Both the position numbers and the translations under genes were made by a program. A stretch of 64,000 bases of DNA from Eledone cirrhosa (lineage: Eukaryota): positions 79,546,001 through 79,610,000 of the forward strand of contig OZ024740.1 in assembly GCA_964016885.1 (NCBI GenBank), written 5' to 3'. The notes beneath the pieces are model-generated. The model saw nothing but the letters and a program-made list of their open reading frames with translations. It was not told the DNA's origin and did no database searches. This document shows, piece after piece, positions 26,481 to 40,049 of this stretch. How positions within the stretch are numbered: the stretch's first letter is position 1; every line of letters starts with the position of its first letter.

Positions 26481-27220
26481 CATCATTATCATTTCATTTT
26501 ACGTCCGCTTTTTCCCTGCTTGCAAGGGTGGGACGGGAACTGATGCTGGCTTGATTTCTACAGCTGGATGCCCTTCCTAACACCAACCTCATTTACAGTG
26601 AGTGCTGGGTGCTTTTTTGCCGTCGCACCTCCACGACCACTTTGCAGTGGAATGATATGGACCCCAGTCCCTATCATCTCATTTCTACAGCTGAGTAAAC
26701 TGGAACAATGTGAAATAAAGTGTCTTGCTCAAGGAAACAACACACCACCCAGTCTGATAATTGAACTCACAACCTTTCGATTGCAAGGCCAATGCTTTAA
26801 CCACTAAGCCATGTGCCTCCATACTGATGATGATGATGATGCTTAATACAATAGAACTAACTACTGCACATACTCAAGGCACACACAGCTGTGCTCAGCA
26901 ATGCAGTGACAGCACGCAATGAAAATAATAATAATAATAACTAAAACATGTTTGAAAATGTAAGAGGATATATATATATACTAGCTTAAGATGACATAAT
27001 TTCAGAGAAAATATTCTTCTGTGAAACCAGTTCTAGTGGTGTAACATGTCTAATTATAAGGGAAATAACTCCTTACTAGTAAATGACATTTCATTTTAAA
27101 TGCTAGGAAGGATTCCACAAATATATTAAGTTAACAAGAGATACTCAGGCCTATGCAAAGCTGGTAATAGGCCTAATGTAAGTTCCACTTCAAACTATTC
27201 CTTAAATATTTTAGTAACCA

Positions 27221-27263
<43 letters not shown>

Positions 27264-27909
27264 ATGTACCTGTAGTGCATATGATGCACTTACAATAGAA
27301 TTTGAGGTGAGTATACCCCCACAAAATCGCAAGCCCACACAAACTTATACCCCACTCCTACTTTCTGATACACTTTTACTATTAAGATAGATTGCTATGT
27401 CTAGTATATATCTAATCTAAAAATAGTATTGTCTGATATTCCCAACATAAGACAAGCTATAATATAATATAAGTGCCAAATCAGAAGTGTTAGTTTAGTC
27501 ATGAAACCCAGCAACTAAATTTCTGCAACAATTTAGCTAATATATATCGAGTTTGTAGTGTTTGGCTGCAAACCATTGAAGGATAAGAGGTATCAACACA
27601 CACAAGAATGCCATTTGTTTGTTTGTTTTATTTTTGGCAGAAAAAACTCTTCCAAAATGTTCACCATGGGGATCCGTTTCAGTATGCAGGTTGATTTTCA
27701 TCATAAACTTTAAATAGCAACAATGATATTCCATCTTTATTTATGGTTCCGTGCCATTTTCACTGAATTTACCACACCCAACTATTCTTGTCTTTAAACA
27801 TGGCACTAAAGTTTCTCTGATGTTATTACACACTGACATGTTTAACTGTTCCTGATATTGTATTTAACAGACAACTAAGTGGGGGACATCTATTGATTAC
27901 GAAGATTAA

Positions 27910-28132
27910 CCCTTTTATTACCATATTTCTAATGAAAAACACTGCATATATCATTTTCAAATCAAGGATTTAGTGGGATTTAGTAATATAATTAACATTC
28001 TCATTATCATGTTGATGATCAGAATATAACTTAAATGTTCTTACATAAAAGTGAAAAATATAGACAGTTTAAAATAAACATCTTTGCACCATAGAACCAG
28101 TAGCTATATCAGGTGGTTTGAGATCAGAATGG
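27910..28132 (+). mobile_element. Second piggyBac-like MITE family
   Basis: TTAACCCTTTTATTACCATATTTCTAATGAAA start also at ~415; inverted, LINE-interrupted copy at ~28617-29176 ending TATGGTAATGATAGGGTTAA. Confidence 0.55.
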
Positions 28133-28694
28133 TTAAATTGTTTATGGAAGCTTCTGGCTGAAATAAAAATCACACTGAAGTCAATGCTTGTTAGCTTTAC
28201 TTCTCCATCACTAACACAAAACAGTGAATTGGAAGAGTTGTTAAAGCATAAGATAAAATGCCTTGTGTTGTTTGTTTTGGCTCTTTACATGCTGAGTTCA
28301 AATCTTGCTGAAGTCAACTTTATCTTCCACCCTTCCTGAATCAACAAAATAAAGCACCAGTTCAGTACAGGGCTTGTTTTTATAGACTAACCATGCCTAC
28401 TCCAAATTTCTGGCTGTGTGCCTTTGTTAAAAACAACTATTATTATAATGAGGGCGGTGAATTGGTAGTATCGGTAGCGGGTTGGATGCCATGCTTTGCA
28501 GCAAAGAGTTCATCTTTACGGGGTCGATAAAATAAAGTACCAGTAATACACTGGAATAATTGCTGGCCTTGTGCCAAAAGTAGAAACTATTATTATAATG
28601 ATTTTCATTCTTTTATTCCTTTTAATACCAACCTACATGAGACTGTCTTCTGTTTTATGATATATGAAACCCTCTAATTTTAAAGTGTTTACAT

Positions 28695-29012
28695 TTTTTT
28701 CTTTCTCTTGTTAAAGTCCCAAACAAGGCGCGAAGCCACTTAGTGTCAGGGACTACAAAGGAGAAATTAAGATGAAAGGAATGAAAGAGTTCAGGTTATA
28801 GAAAGGAGGAAAACAATGAGATGGGAGAGAGTTCCAAAGTCTGGCAGTTCGAGGAAAAAAGCTACCACTGTACAAAGACTTCTTTATTTGTGGAACCACA
28901 ACAGCATCCAAATCAGGACGATATGAGTTTCGAGTTAAGTGAGAAGGCACAAATTAGAACCATACATACCAAAGTATGTAAAACTGGTTCTGTGGTAGAA
29001 ACTGTTTGCTTT
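28695..29012 (-). mobile_element. CR1/Zenon-like LINE 3' fragment
   Basis: SFFPRTARLWNSLPSHCFPPFYNLNSF, a typical C-terminus of CR1/Jockey-group ORF2. Confidence 0.7.
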
Positions 29013-30082
29013 AATGTGTTTATATTTATATAAAAACCTTCCATCATAGTTTTATGAAAGAACCTTTATTAAGTTATGTTCCAAACACCAGCTCCATAAT
29101 AAGAAAGTTACCTATTTTATTAAATGACTTTCAAAATTGTTTGAAAATCTTCATAAGTAATATGGTAATGATAGGGTTAATATATAAAAACAAATGTATC
29201 TCTATATATTTAAAGTTATAGGCTAGTTTTGCATCTAACAAGCTGATGTGCATAGGTACACATCTTGTCAAAGAGGTCATTAGCTGTGTTACTTTTCTCA
29301 TCATTTTTATATTCTTAAAAAAAAAAATCTAAGAATAATTTATACCCACAATAGAGATTGGAAAAAATTACCAATTCAAAAAATAATTCATTAAAGATAA
29401 TCACACGAATTATTATAGAATTAAAAAAAAAAAACGTTTTACCAGAAAAAATGTTAGTGAAAACCTCATTTTATGTTCTATTTATTTTTTGGTACATTTT
29501 AATGAACATCAGCTTGAACCACCTTCCAAGTTGCTTGGATGCAATAATTCTGAGTAAATTGATAAACTGAAGATTGTCAGCATCTTTTTAAAGCAATTTA
29601 TCCAAAATAAAGGGAATTCATGTGATTGTATTTACTTTAGGCAGTGTTAGTAATTTTATTTTAAAATTAGTTATTTTATTACCCCTACCACCACCAAATT
29701 CTTGATTAGTTTGTTTTAAAAGCAAATTGAAACATGGAATGTGTATTTCATGAGAAATCTTGTCACTGAAGTGTTAACATCTGTGTTTCTCAACGTTGAA
29801 CATGTTATACAGCATATCTTATCTCTTCTCCTTATGTGATACCGAATGACCTAAGATTAAACCTCATAATTTCTCCCTCAGTTCAAGTTATTTAAATATA
29901 GGTCACTAAAGTTTGTTGTTGTAACCCTAGTATTGGTATCTCATTAAAAACAAGTCTTGATCATTTGATGTCTTCAATTAATTCTGTTTCCTCTGTAGAC
30001 AGATGTCAGAAATATAAGAAGCTATCACAGTAGGCTAAGTCTGCTAAATCAGCTCCCAGATTCATAATCAACCATTTTACAA

Positions 30083-30415
30083 CAAGCCTTTGCCGTGAAA
30101 ATACAATAGTAAATATAGAGTTATGTGAGGTAAAGCCTTTGCCGTGAAAATACAATAGTAAATATAGAGTAATGTAAATGTTATGTGAGGTAAAGCCTTT
30201 GCCGTGAAAATACAATAGTAAATATAGAGTAATGTAAATGTGAGGTAAAGCCTTTGCCGTGAAAATACAATAGTAATTATAGAGTAATGTAAATGTTATG
30301 TGAGGTAAAGCCTTTGCCGTGAAAATACAATAGTAAATATAGAGTAATGTAAATGTTATGTGAGCTAAAGCCTTTGCCGTGAAAATACAATAGTAAATAT
30401 AGAGTAATGTAAATG
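30083..30415. repeat. 60-bp minisatellite, about 6 copies
   Basis: Unit AAGCCTTTGCCGTGAAAATACAATAGTAAATATAGAGTAATGTAAATGTTATGTGAGGTA, two copies with short deletions. Confidence 0.95.
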
Positions 30416-30474
30416 GTCAAGGGCTAAAATATGCACATTGGATAATGTAGACCTAGATATAAACTGAAAAACTG

Positions 30475-30800
30475 AGGCACTCTGTCGGTTACGACGACAA
30501 GTGTTCCTGTTGATCCGATCAACGGAACAGCCTGCTCATGAAATTAACGTGCAAGTGGCTGAGCATTCAACAGATATGCATACTCTTAACGAAGTTCTCA
30601 GGGAGATTCAGTGTGACACAGCATGTGACAAGGCTGGCCATTCAAACTACAGGTATAACTCATTTTTGCCAGCTGAATGAACTGGAGCAATATGAAATAA
30701 AGTGTCTTGCTCAAGGACACAATGCGCCGCTGGGAAACGAACTCACAACTTTACAATTGTAAACCGAATACCCTAACCTCAAAGCCATACACCTTCACAG
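30475..30800 (-). mobile_element. tRNA-derived SINE family B
   Basis: GCAAGTGGCTGAGCATTC...GGAGATTCAGTGTGACAC...AAAGTGTCTTGCTCAAGGACAC...GAACTCAC; other copies at ~35740-36040 and ~41550-41800. Confidence 0.7.
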
Positions 30801-30889
30801 ACCTAGATATATCCTGTCTGTAAAAATAGAATGAAAGGCTGTAACACCTTTGATCATAATTCAACTGAATCAGGGCTGGCCTGAGGTTA

Positions 30890-31350
30890 AACAACAACAG
30901 AAGCAACAAAAACAACAGCAGCAAAAACAACAGTCGCAGCAACAACAATAACAACAACAACAACAGCAGTAACAATAAAACAACAACAACAGCAACAGTA
31001 ACAAAAACAAAAAACAACAGCAGCAACATCAGGAGCAGTAGCAACAATAACAGTAACAATAACAGCAACAACAATAACAGCTGCAGCAATGACAACAACC
31101 AACAGCAACAAAAATAACAGTAGCAGCAGCAATAACAATAACAACATGAGCCACATCCCCAACAACAATGACACCAGACACCAACAGGAACAACATCAGT
31201 AAAAACAGCAGCAGCAGCAGCAGCAACATCAACAAGAACAGCAACAGCAATAACAGCAGCTACTGTAGAACAAAAGCCTTCATTCACAAAGACCTTCTTC
31301 CAATCATCACCACCACCATCATCATCATCACCCTCATCATCATCATCACC
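30890..31350. repeat. Compound (CAA/CAG/CAT)n microsatellite
   Basis: Directly visible. Confidence 0.9.
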
Positions 31351-31489
31351 GTTTAACATCCATTTTTCCATGCTAGCATGGGTTAGACAAGTCGCCCTGT
31401 TATGAGACAAGCAAGATCAGATGACCGTGTCTTGCTCATACAGAAATGATTTTGGCTTGGCTTCAACGGCTGGATGCTCTCCTAACGCC

Positions 31490-32480
31490 AACCACTATAC
31501 AGTGTGGACTGGGTGCTTTTTGTCGTGATACCTACATAATCACTTTACAGTGTGGACTGGGTGCTTTTTGTCTTTACAGTGTGAACTGGGTGCTTTTTGT
31601 CATGACACCTACAGAATCACTTTACAGTGTGGACTGGGTGCTTTTTGTCTTTACAGTGTGAACTGGGTGCTTTTTGTCATGACACCTACAGAATCACTTT
31701 ACAGTGTGGACTGGGTGCTTTTTGTCTTTACAGTGTGAACTGGGTGTTTTTTGTCATGACACCTACATAACCACTTTACAGTGTGGACTGGGTGCTTTTT
31801 GTCTTTACAGTGTGAACTGGGTGCTTTTTGTCATGACACCTACATAATCATTTTACAGTGTGGACTGGGTGCTTTTTGTCGTGATACCTACATAACCACT
31901 TTACAGTGTGGACTGGGTGCTTTTTGTCATGACACCTACATAACCACTTTACAGTGTGGACTGGGTGCTTTTTGTCATGACACCTACATAATCATTTTAC
32001 AGTGTGGACTGGGTGCTTTTTGTCGTGATACCTACATAACCACTTTACAGTGTGAACTGGGTGCTTTTTGTCATGACACCTACATAACCACTTTACAGTG
32101 TGGACTGGGTGCTTTTTGTCATGACATCTACATAATCATTTTACAGTGTGGACTGGGTGCTTTTTGTCGTGATACCTACATAACCACTTTACAGTGTGGA
32201 CTGGGTGCTTTTTGTCATGACACCTACATAACCACTTTACAGTGTGGACTGGGTGCTTTTTGTCATGACATCTACATAATCATTTTACAGTGTGGACTGG
32301 GTGCTTTTTGTCGTGATACCTACATAACCACTTTACAGTGTGGACTGGGTGCTTTTTGTCATGACACCTACATAATCATTTTACAGTGTGGACTGGGTGC
32401 TTTTTGTCATGACACCTACATAACCACTTTACAGTGTGGACTGGGTGCTTTTTTTCATGACACCTACATAACCACTTTAT
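31490..32480. repeat. 48-bp minisatellite (with 29-bp truncated variants) derived from a retroposon internal repeat
   Basis: Unit TTTACAGTGTGGACTGGGTGCTTTTTGTCATGACACCTACATAACCAC, contiguous with the (GAT)n-tailed element at ~31330-31500. Confidence 0.92.
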
Positions 32481-33566
32481 GGTGTGGGCTATATATATAT
32501 AGTGATGGATGGATGGGCGGACGGACAGAGAGACTGATAGATAAACATACTTATGCGTACATGTGTGGAAAGAATGAGAGAGATATTTTTTAAATGTCTG
32601 CCATTCGTTCGTACACAATATATATATACCAACCTGTACAATTAAATATAATGGTAAGGTGGTGGGTTGGCAGAATCATTAGAGTGCTGGACAAGATGAC
32701 TCGCTGTATTTAAATATAATGAAATTATTGTGTACAGTGCTCAGGTGCACTACAACTCATCAAAGGTGCATGTATAGTACATAGAATAATGTACAAATGT
32801 CAGGAAAGGGAACAATGTATGAGTCATGATTTGTTCTAGTTGTTTACATTCTGGGTTGAAATCTTGCTGAAGTCAACTTTGCCTTTCATCCCTCCAATGA
32901 TCTGACGTCTGTTAGGTTGTAGGTTGTATTATAGATTCTATATCGTTAGGGAATATAATTGTAAATTAAATAATTGAGATACTGAATAAATAATCTGTAT
33001 GAAAACAGTAAGTGTGAAGAAATTTAAGGTATAGAACATAAATAAAGTAATTAAACATAAATAGATATTGAAGAAAAGTGTTATTAATTAAAGACTAATA
33101 TGTTTACTTTTTCGGCACCTACAGTTATTTATTGCATTTAACTAATCTATAGCTGCCTTCTTTTTTTTTTTGCCTTTTTTCTTAATGTTGTTTCCTTTGC
33201 CTTTTTTCTCTTCCTTTCTCGTCTGTTTTCAAATCTATCATGGCCCACAAGTTCTATGTAGACGTTTAAATTAGTAAAAGAAATAAATGCAGTCAAACAC
33301 AAGGGAAGTAATTAGTATAAAAATATATGAGAATTATTTCCCCTGGATTTTTATTTTATTTTGATTGAAATATATACGTGGAATCAAACAAATTATATTT
33401 CGTTTAATTTGAAGCACTATTTTTTCAATACCAGGCATACAGTTTTCCAGGATTTGAAGACTCATTTTTTAGGAGGATGGAAACTGTCTAAAGAAACGTC
33501 ATTTCACTACATCAAACAACGTTATATACTGTTGTTTTGAAAATAGAGTAAAGTAAATTTGAAGTA

Positions 33567-34830
33567 CTCTCGCGTCCAAATAATAGAGGCGGGGGTAAGA
33601 GAGGGTAGAATAAGCGGGTGGGTGGAGTAGAATAAGCAGGAGGGTTGTAAAATTGATAATTTTTCTAGATTGTCTCTATTGATTTAAAAAAAACAAAAAC
33701 AGAATTAGTCGTTTAGTTTTCATATTGAGATCCCAATTCTTCTTCTTCTTCTTCTTCTTCTTCTTCCACATTCTTAGGAGAGTCGTAGGGGGAAGAGTCC
33801 TCAAACACTCATTCCAGAGGTTTCAGTCAGAAGCAAACGTCTCTAATTGATTCGGCTGGATCCCCAAGTGAGACCAGCCAAGCTCATGGATGTTATCCAA
33901 CCATCTTGCTCGGGGTCTACCCCTGGGTCTCCTGCCAGTTGGTTTTGCCCATAAACTCTGTCCAACGATTCTTTCCTGAAACATTCTCCCCACATGCCCA
34001 TAGTATCGGAGCTGTGATCTCTCAATTCGGAGAAGTAGAGGCTCTGCCTGAAGTGACTCTCTGATCTCCGAGGTACGTACTCAATCGTGTAACGTTATTC
34101 CAAAGACCCGCCGGAGGAATCCCATTTCGGCTGCTTGTATTCGCGATCGTATTCTTTCGGTCATTACCCAAGATTCATGACCGTAGGTAAGGGTTGGTGC
34201 GAATACCGAATTGAAGATAGTGATTTTCGCTTTTACGCCTATCCCCGTCTTCTGATTACTGAATGATGAAGCTGGCGCATTACTGCACCAGATCCTGTAA
34301 TTCTTGCACTTAATTGAACCTCCTGCTTTCCATCACTTGTGAACACGGCCCCGCGATACTTGAACTACTTTACCTGATTCAGTGGAACTCCATTCACATG
34401 TAGCGTGCACTGCGCAGGCTTCCTTGAGAGGATGAGTGTTTCAGTTTTCGCAGCACTGCCTTTCCAGCCATACAGCCCTCGGCATCAAACCTATCAAGTG
34501 TGAGTCGAAGATCATCTTTGATTCTGTGCTAGATGTTCGTGCTAAGGGAGGGGCTGAGCTGAAAACTGATCACCATCTAGCTATTTGCACGATCTCAACC
34601 CATCCTATTTATTTTATCATGTATGGGATTTCTAGTAGTGTACTTTTATGTCGTGTATAAGGATTTTTTTAATTTATAAAGAAAATTAATTGTTGCAGGA
34701 ATGTTATTACTTAGAATAAAATTTCGCCAAAGGTAGATTACCCAAATTTAATAAGCGAGGTTTTTGGAAAAAATCTGAAAAATTAATAAGCGATGGGGGT
34801 CGGGGGTTGCAATTATTCGAGATCCGAGAG
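33567..34830 (+). mobile_element. TA-flanked MITE family M, copy B, interrupted by an RTE LINE
   Basis: TA|CTCTCGCGTCCAAATAAT ... ATTATTCGAGATCCGAGAG; the halves match copy A. Confidence 0.8.
33737..34590 (-). mobile_element. (GAA)n-tailed RTE LINE, 5'-truncated, with an inverted 5' segment
   Basis: (TTC)n at 33737; RT and C-terminal homology to ~34520; 34520-34590 reads on + as SVLDVRAKGGAELKTDHHLAIC; TSD GATCCCAA (33729) / GATCTCAA (34591). Confidence 0.85.
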
Positions 34831-34964
34831 TGCTAATATTTTATTACCAAATATATCATTTTCCAGGATTTAAAGGCTCATATTTTCAGGAGGATGAAAA
34901 TGATTTGAATAAGCGTTGTTGTGCTATAGGACATAACGTTATACAATATTGCTTTGAAAGTAAT

Positions 34965-35385
34965 AATTCCCGGGGCTCCACGATTAACCACTTCTCAGCT
35001 CTCAAATCCACAAGCTTTGGAGCTGTGCCGCTCGTGCGCCACACGCAATAGTCAGAGAAAAAAAAGGAAGGATGTGTTGCAACAGTTACAATTTTTCCCA
35101 CCTTATTGACACGCACCAGGTGCTCTTCCTTCTGAGGAATACACCCTCCTCAAACTCCTCTTCGTTCTTTATGGTGCGTCTTGTCACCCTTCCACAGATC
35201 GCCTAGTCGAACACGACGCCACCGTCCGACGCTGAGCTGAACTCATCTGCAATGTTAGTTACGCAAGCGCCAGCTGGCAACAGGCGGGACTCCCCGTGAA
35301 ATTCTTTGGCATCGGCCTCTGAATTACTTTTGACTTAGCACTGCCAGCCTACCTATCCTCACTCACCACCAGCTGTGAGGTCCTA
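34965..35385 (+). mobile_element. CRE-clade-like non-LTR retrotransposon fragment (post-RT region), degraded
   Basis: Pieces translate as LIDTHQVLFLLRN and SWQQAGLPVKFFGIGL...DLALPAYLSSL, resembling the W.QA.LP...GGLG...ALPA motif of CRE-like elements. Confidence 0.55.
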
Positions 35386-36555
35386 TGGGATTTGAACCAT
35401 TCAAGTACCAAGGTTGAATTGATCCACTAACCCATCCTCTTAAATTGCCCTTGTGCCTACATTAGACATTATAATTTTGAGTCTATGAGAGTTGTAGATT
35501 AGCCGAATTATTAGAACGTTGGAGGAAATGCATTGCAGTATTTATTGAGGCTAATTACGTTCCAGGTTCATATCCCAATGAGGTCAACTTTGCTTTTCAT
35601 CCTTCCAGAGTTGATAAAATAAAATACCAGTTAAGTAGCGAGTGCGATTTAATCGACTAATCTCTTCCCCTACTCTCTATTACTAACACACACACACACA
35701 CACACAAATTTCTGTCCCATTCATAAGCGTGCGTTGGGTTTCCATCTGTTCCGACGACGAGTCGTTCCAGTCATTTGATCCAGGGAACAGCTTGCTCGGG
35801 AAATTAACGCGCAAGTGACTGAGTATTCCACAGATACATGTAGTTTTAACACAATGGTCGGAGGTATTCAGTGTGACACAATATGTGGGATAGCTGGATT
35901 TTTAAATCACAGGCATAACTCATTTTTTCTAGCTGAGTGGACTGGAGCAACGTGAAAAAAAGTGTCTTGCTCAAGAACAAAATGCACTGCCGGGATCGAT
36001 CTCACGACCTTACGATCGTGAACCCCAACCATTGAACCGCACAGGGAACCTTTTTCATGTTGAATGGCCACCTTCAAGAAACCATAATTATATATTCTTA
36101 AAATCTACATTATTTTGTAAAAATCTAATTACTATGTACTAATTATGAACGTAGAAAGTGCTGAAATGGCCCTTATGATCTACTAACTTTTAAATTCTGG
36201 TGTCAGTGTGGATTATTTCGTTGAATTTCCTTTTACTCTTTGGTATTTAAAATACGTTCATCTTATGATTTAAATAAAAATAAGGGATAGACATATATAT
36301 ATATGTGTGTGTGTTGTACTAGACAAATTGAGTTGGAGCTAGTATATATATATATATTTATATACATTTATATATATATAATTGTTTCTACTTTTGGCAC
36401 AAGGCCAGCAATTACCAGTGGATTACTGGTACTTTATTTTATCGACCCCATAAGGATGAAAGGCAAAGTTAACCTCGGCGGGATTTGAACTCAGTCCGTA
36501 AAGGGACGTAACTGTGCTGCAAAGCATGGCGCCCGACCCTCTACCGGTACTGCCA

Positions 36556-36906
<351 letters not shown>

Positions 36907-37029
36907 ATATATATATAAAAATAACAGATTAAAGTTTAAGCAAAGAATCGCTGCTTTCACCCTTAACAGGATCTTCTGAAACTCCTTATCGAGCCCTCTC
37001 TGGATTTTAGTCTTCAATTTTATTATTAT

Positions 37030-37077
<48 letters not shown>

Positions 37078-37288
37078 CTTTATTTTATCATGAGTTAAAG
37101 GTCTATAGATTTTTCCCTGGATTTTACTAAATTCTGTGGATGAATTTATATCCTGATTCTCTTTTGAGATGAGTTTGAGTTATTTTTCCTAAATCTTTCG
37201 TTAACTACTTTTCCCATCTTGACGTTATAGTCGCATATATGTTATAGAATGCCGTTAGCTTCTTGCTAAAACAATCTCTATACCTCTC

Positions 37289-37322
<34 letters not shown>

Positions 37323-37328
<6 letters not shown>

Positions 37329-38631
37329 ACACAAGACCGTCTACAACATCAAAAGATTTTTATTGGCTTACAATGTTTCTTCCTTACATAACCGTAGGAT
37401 TCGTCAGAGCTATAAAAGGGGTTTCATTGGTGTTATGGACTCTACCAACCAAACATTCAAGAACAAAGAGTAAAGAGAGTAAAGAGCAAAAGTAGGGGAC
37501 GATAAGTCTAATTTTGGTGCGGGAGGGTGGGGTGTGGGTCCTTGTTTACTAGCTCCGATCATATTCATTCCCGGAAGTCGGGTGGTTAGCTGAACCATAG
37601 ATGGGGTGGCGTCGATAGTATGGTGCAGAGGGTGCGCAGAGGCTACACAAACACAAAGGGCATACAATATATATATATATATAGCGGAGGAGAAAGTACA
37701 TGAGGTAATTAGAAATGGAAAAAGAGTAATAATAATAATCTATAATTAATAGTGTATAATAAGGCATGGGGAAGATTACACTATAATAAGGTATAAAAGT
37801 AAGAATAAGGTAAAATATAAAGGAGGATAAAAGTGGAAATAATAAAGATAAAAAAATATATAGAGAATATATAAAGAAATATAAGCGAATATTTGGAGGG
37901 GAAAACACAATGTAAAAAAACCGATTTTTTCAAATAATAATAAAAATATAATAATTATGGGAGGAGAAAACGGGGTAGAGAAATGTGATCAAGTGTGATT
38001 AGTTGAGAGAATATAAGATGATAATAGTTATGTCAAGTTTATACATCTTAATAATAAATAATCTGTGTATCAGAGTTGCAGAACCTTCAATTCACTTACG
38101 GGTTCAAGCCACGTGGCATAGTCCATTGTTTATCTGTGCGCTCATGTGCGTTTGTTTTTGACACCACAGCAGATGCACAAGTTCGTAAATTCCAATGCAG
38201 ATAGAAATCTATTTTTTCTCACCCGGACATTGACGGAGGATCCAATATTCCTAGTTCAATATGTGTGTGGTGTTATTTTGGTCGCACAAATCAATCACTT
38301 GGTTCAATATTATGGAGTATGGTTTTCTGGTCTTCGTAACAGTGTCAGTGGTTGTATATCTGGAAATTACAAGGATTACAGTACTCCGGTTTGGTGTGAT
38401 TATCGGTCATCCAATTATGTTGTCGGTGGTTGGATTCAATTCTATTCGCCCGAACGTAGAACTTTGGTGTCGATAGGACATTAACGAGGCAGGGTGAGAT
38501 CGCATCTGTGGTACAAAACGGTACGCAAGGAAATTCTTCGTCTTCGTTTCATCCGGGTCCAGCAGTCACGTGCAAGAACCGCTACGTAGTAATTGTGGGG
38601 TTAATCGGTCAAGTCAGCAACTGACCGAAAA

Positions 38632-38634
<3 letters not shown>
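37323..38634 (-). mobile_element. Probable Penelope-like element remnant between (TA)n tracts
   Basis: Hammerhead near the left end and (TA)n on both sides; only a weak T.PRGLN* hint of a GIY-YIG C-terminus near 38100-38125. Confidence 0.45.
37366..37410 (-). ncRNA. Minimal type I hammerhead ribozyme (Penelope-like element type)
   Basis: Minus strand gct-CTGACGA-atcctac ggttat gtaaggaa-GAAA-cattg-TA-agc; stem I gct/agc, GUA site; mismatch at the base of stem II. Confidence 0.65.
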
Positions 38635-38707
<73 letters not shown>

Positions 38708-38718
38708 GGGAGATAACT

Positions 38719-39606
38719 ATCTGCATGAACGTTTATGGTTCAGAGGAGATATCACTATCGAAACCAAGGGGAAAGTGTATCTGACTTCTGTCGTCTCCTC
38801 TTTGCTTTATGCTTGTGAAACGTGGGTCACATACAGAAAACACCTCAATGAACTGGAGAGATTTCACCAACAATCTCTTCGTAAGTTATTTGGGGTCCAA
38901 TGGAAAATGTTCGTCAGTGATTTGGGAGTTCTCGAACGGAACAGGTGCGTGACTATAGAGAGCATGATCTTTCGGCATCGGTTGAGGTGGTGTGGACACG
39001 TGGTGCGGATATCTGATGATCGTATTCCAAAGCAACTTCTCTACGGAGAACTGCAAAGGAAGGTGACCACCACACAAACCAACAATGCGATACCGAGACT
39101 GTGTCAGGGGCACCTTGGCTTGTGCTGGAATTTCATCTGACGAATGGGAGAAAATGGCTGAGGAGCGTGTGAAGTGGAGACGTTTGATCAAGTCAGGTAG
39201 TGAACACTTTGAAACTCACCTGAGAGAACACCTAACACTGAGAAGGAAGGTAAGGAAAAGGGACTGTTCTGAACTGCCTACTGTTGAATATCATCTGGTT
39301 TGCCAGCATTGTGGTTGAGTCTGCCTGAGCAAAGCTGGTTTGACACGAACAAAGTGATATCAGTAGACCTCATGTAGATTATGATCTGAAAAAGTGTAAG
39401 GAATGTGGCAAGGAATGTGCTAGCATGGGAGGTCTTAGAAGACACATGAAAACACACAGTCAGAACAAAGTAATGGAAAGTCCCAGAATAGCCTACAGTT
39501 GCCATGTATGTGGCAGAGGGTGCAAGTCTTTAGCTGGTTTAGAAAGCCACATTTTTTAGCATTTTATCGGGCGAGGGCAATGCACGAACACGAGTTTGCA
39601 GCGATC
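38719..39606 (+). mobile_element. RTE/BovB-like LINE 3' fragment with C-terminal C2H2 zinc fingers
   Basis: LLYACETW, RLRWCGHVVRI.DDRIPKQLLYGEL, then CQHCG..., ...GGLRRHMKTH and CHVCGRGCKSLAGL; perfect 16-bp TSD ATAATGGGAGATAACT (38703-38718, 39607-39622). Confidence 0.9.
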
Positions 39607-40049
39607 ATAATGGGAGATAACTCTCGTAGCGTAGCGTAACACTTTAAAATGCTCTGTCAACCAAATGTTCATTTTTGCCTTTGCAGCCTTGTCCGCAGGG
39701 CACGGCCAAAACCCCACACGCCGCAGGGATAGCGCCTATCACCCCCCCTTTCTTCTGTGACCTCATAGTCCTTGCTTTTCCCCTCCTTTTCCTTTCATTC
39801 ATGGCATTTATAACCCTTTCTCCTTCTTTTATATACAGTCAGATCTGCCGTTCTTTATCCCTTCCCTATCTTTTCGTTGCTTGGTTTTGTTTTTATCCAT
39901 TTGTCTTTTTCTTTCATATCTCCATCAATATTTGTAATGTTATTTATAAAACTGTGAATTGATTTATTAACAAATAAACAACCATCCGGTTATTACACTA
40001 AATAAGAAAATTGAACAATATGCATGACTGGGCAAGTGTAACGGGGCTG

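Noticed and set aside
31781-32593. 270-aa Cys/His repeat ORF
   Set aside because: Translation of the 48-bp retroposon-derived minisatellite.
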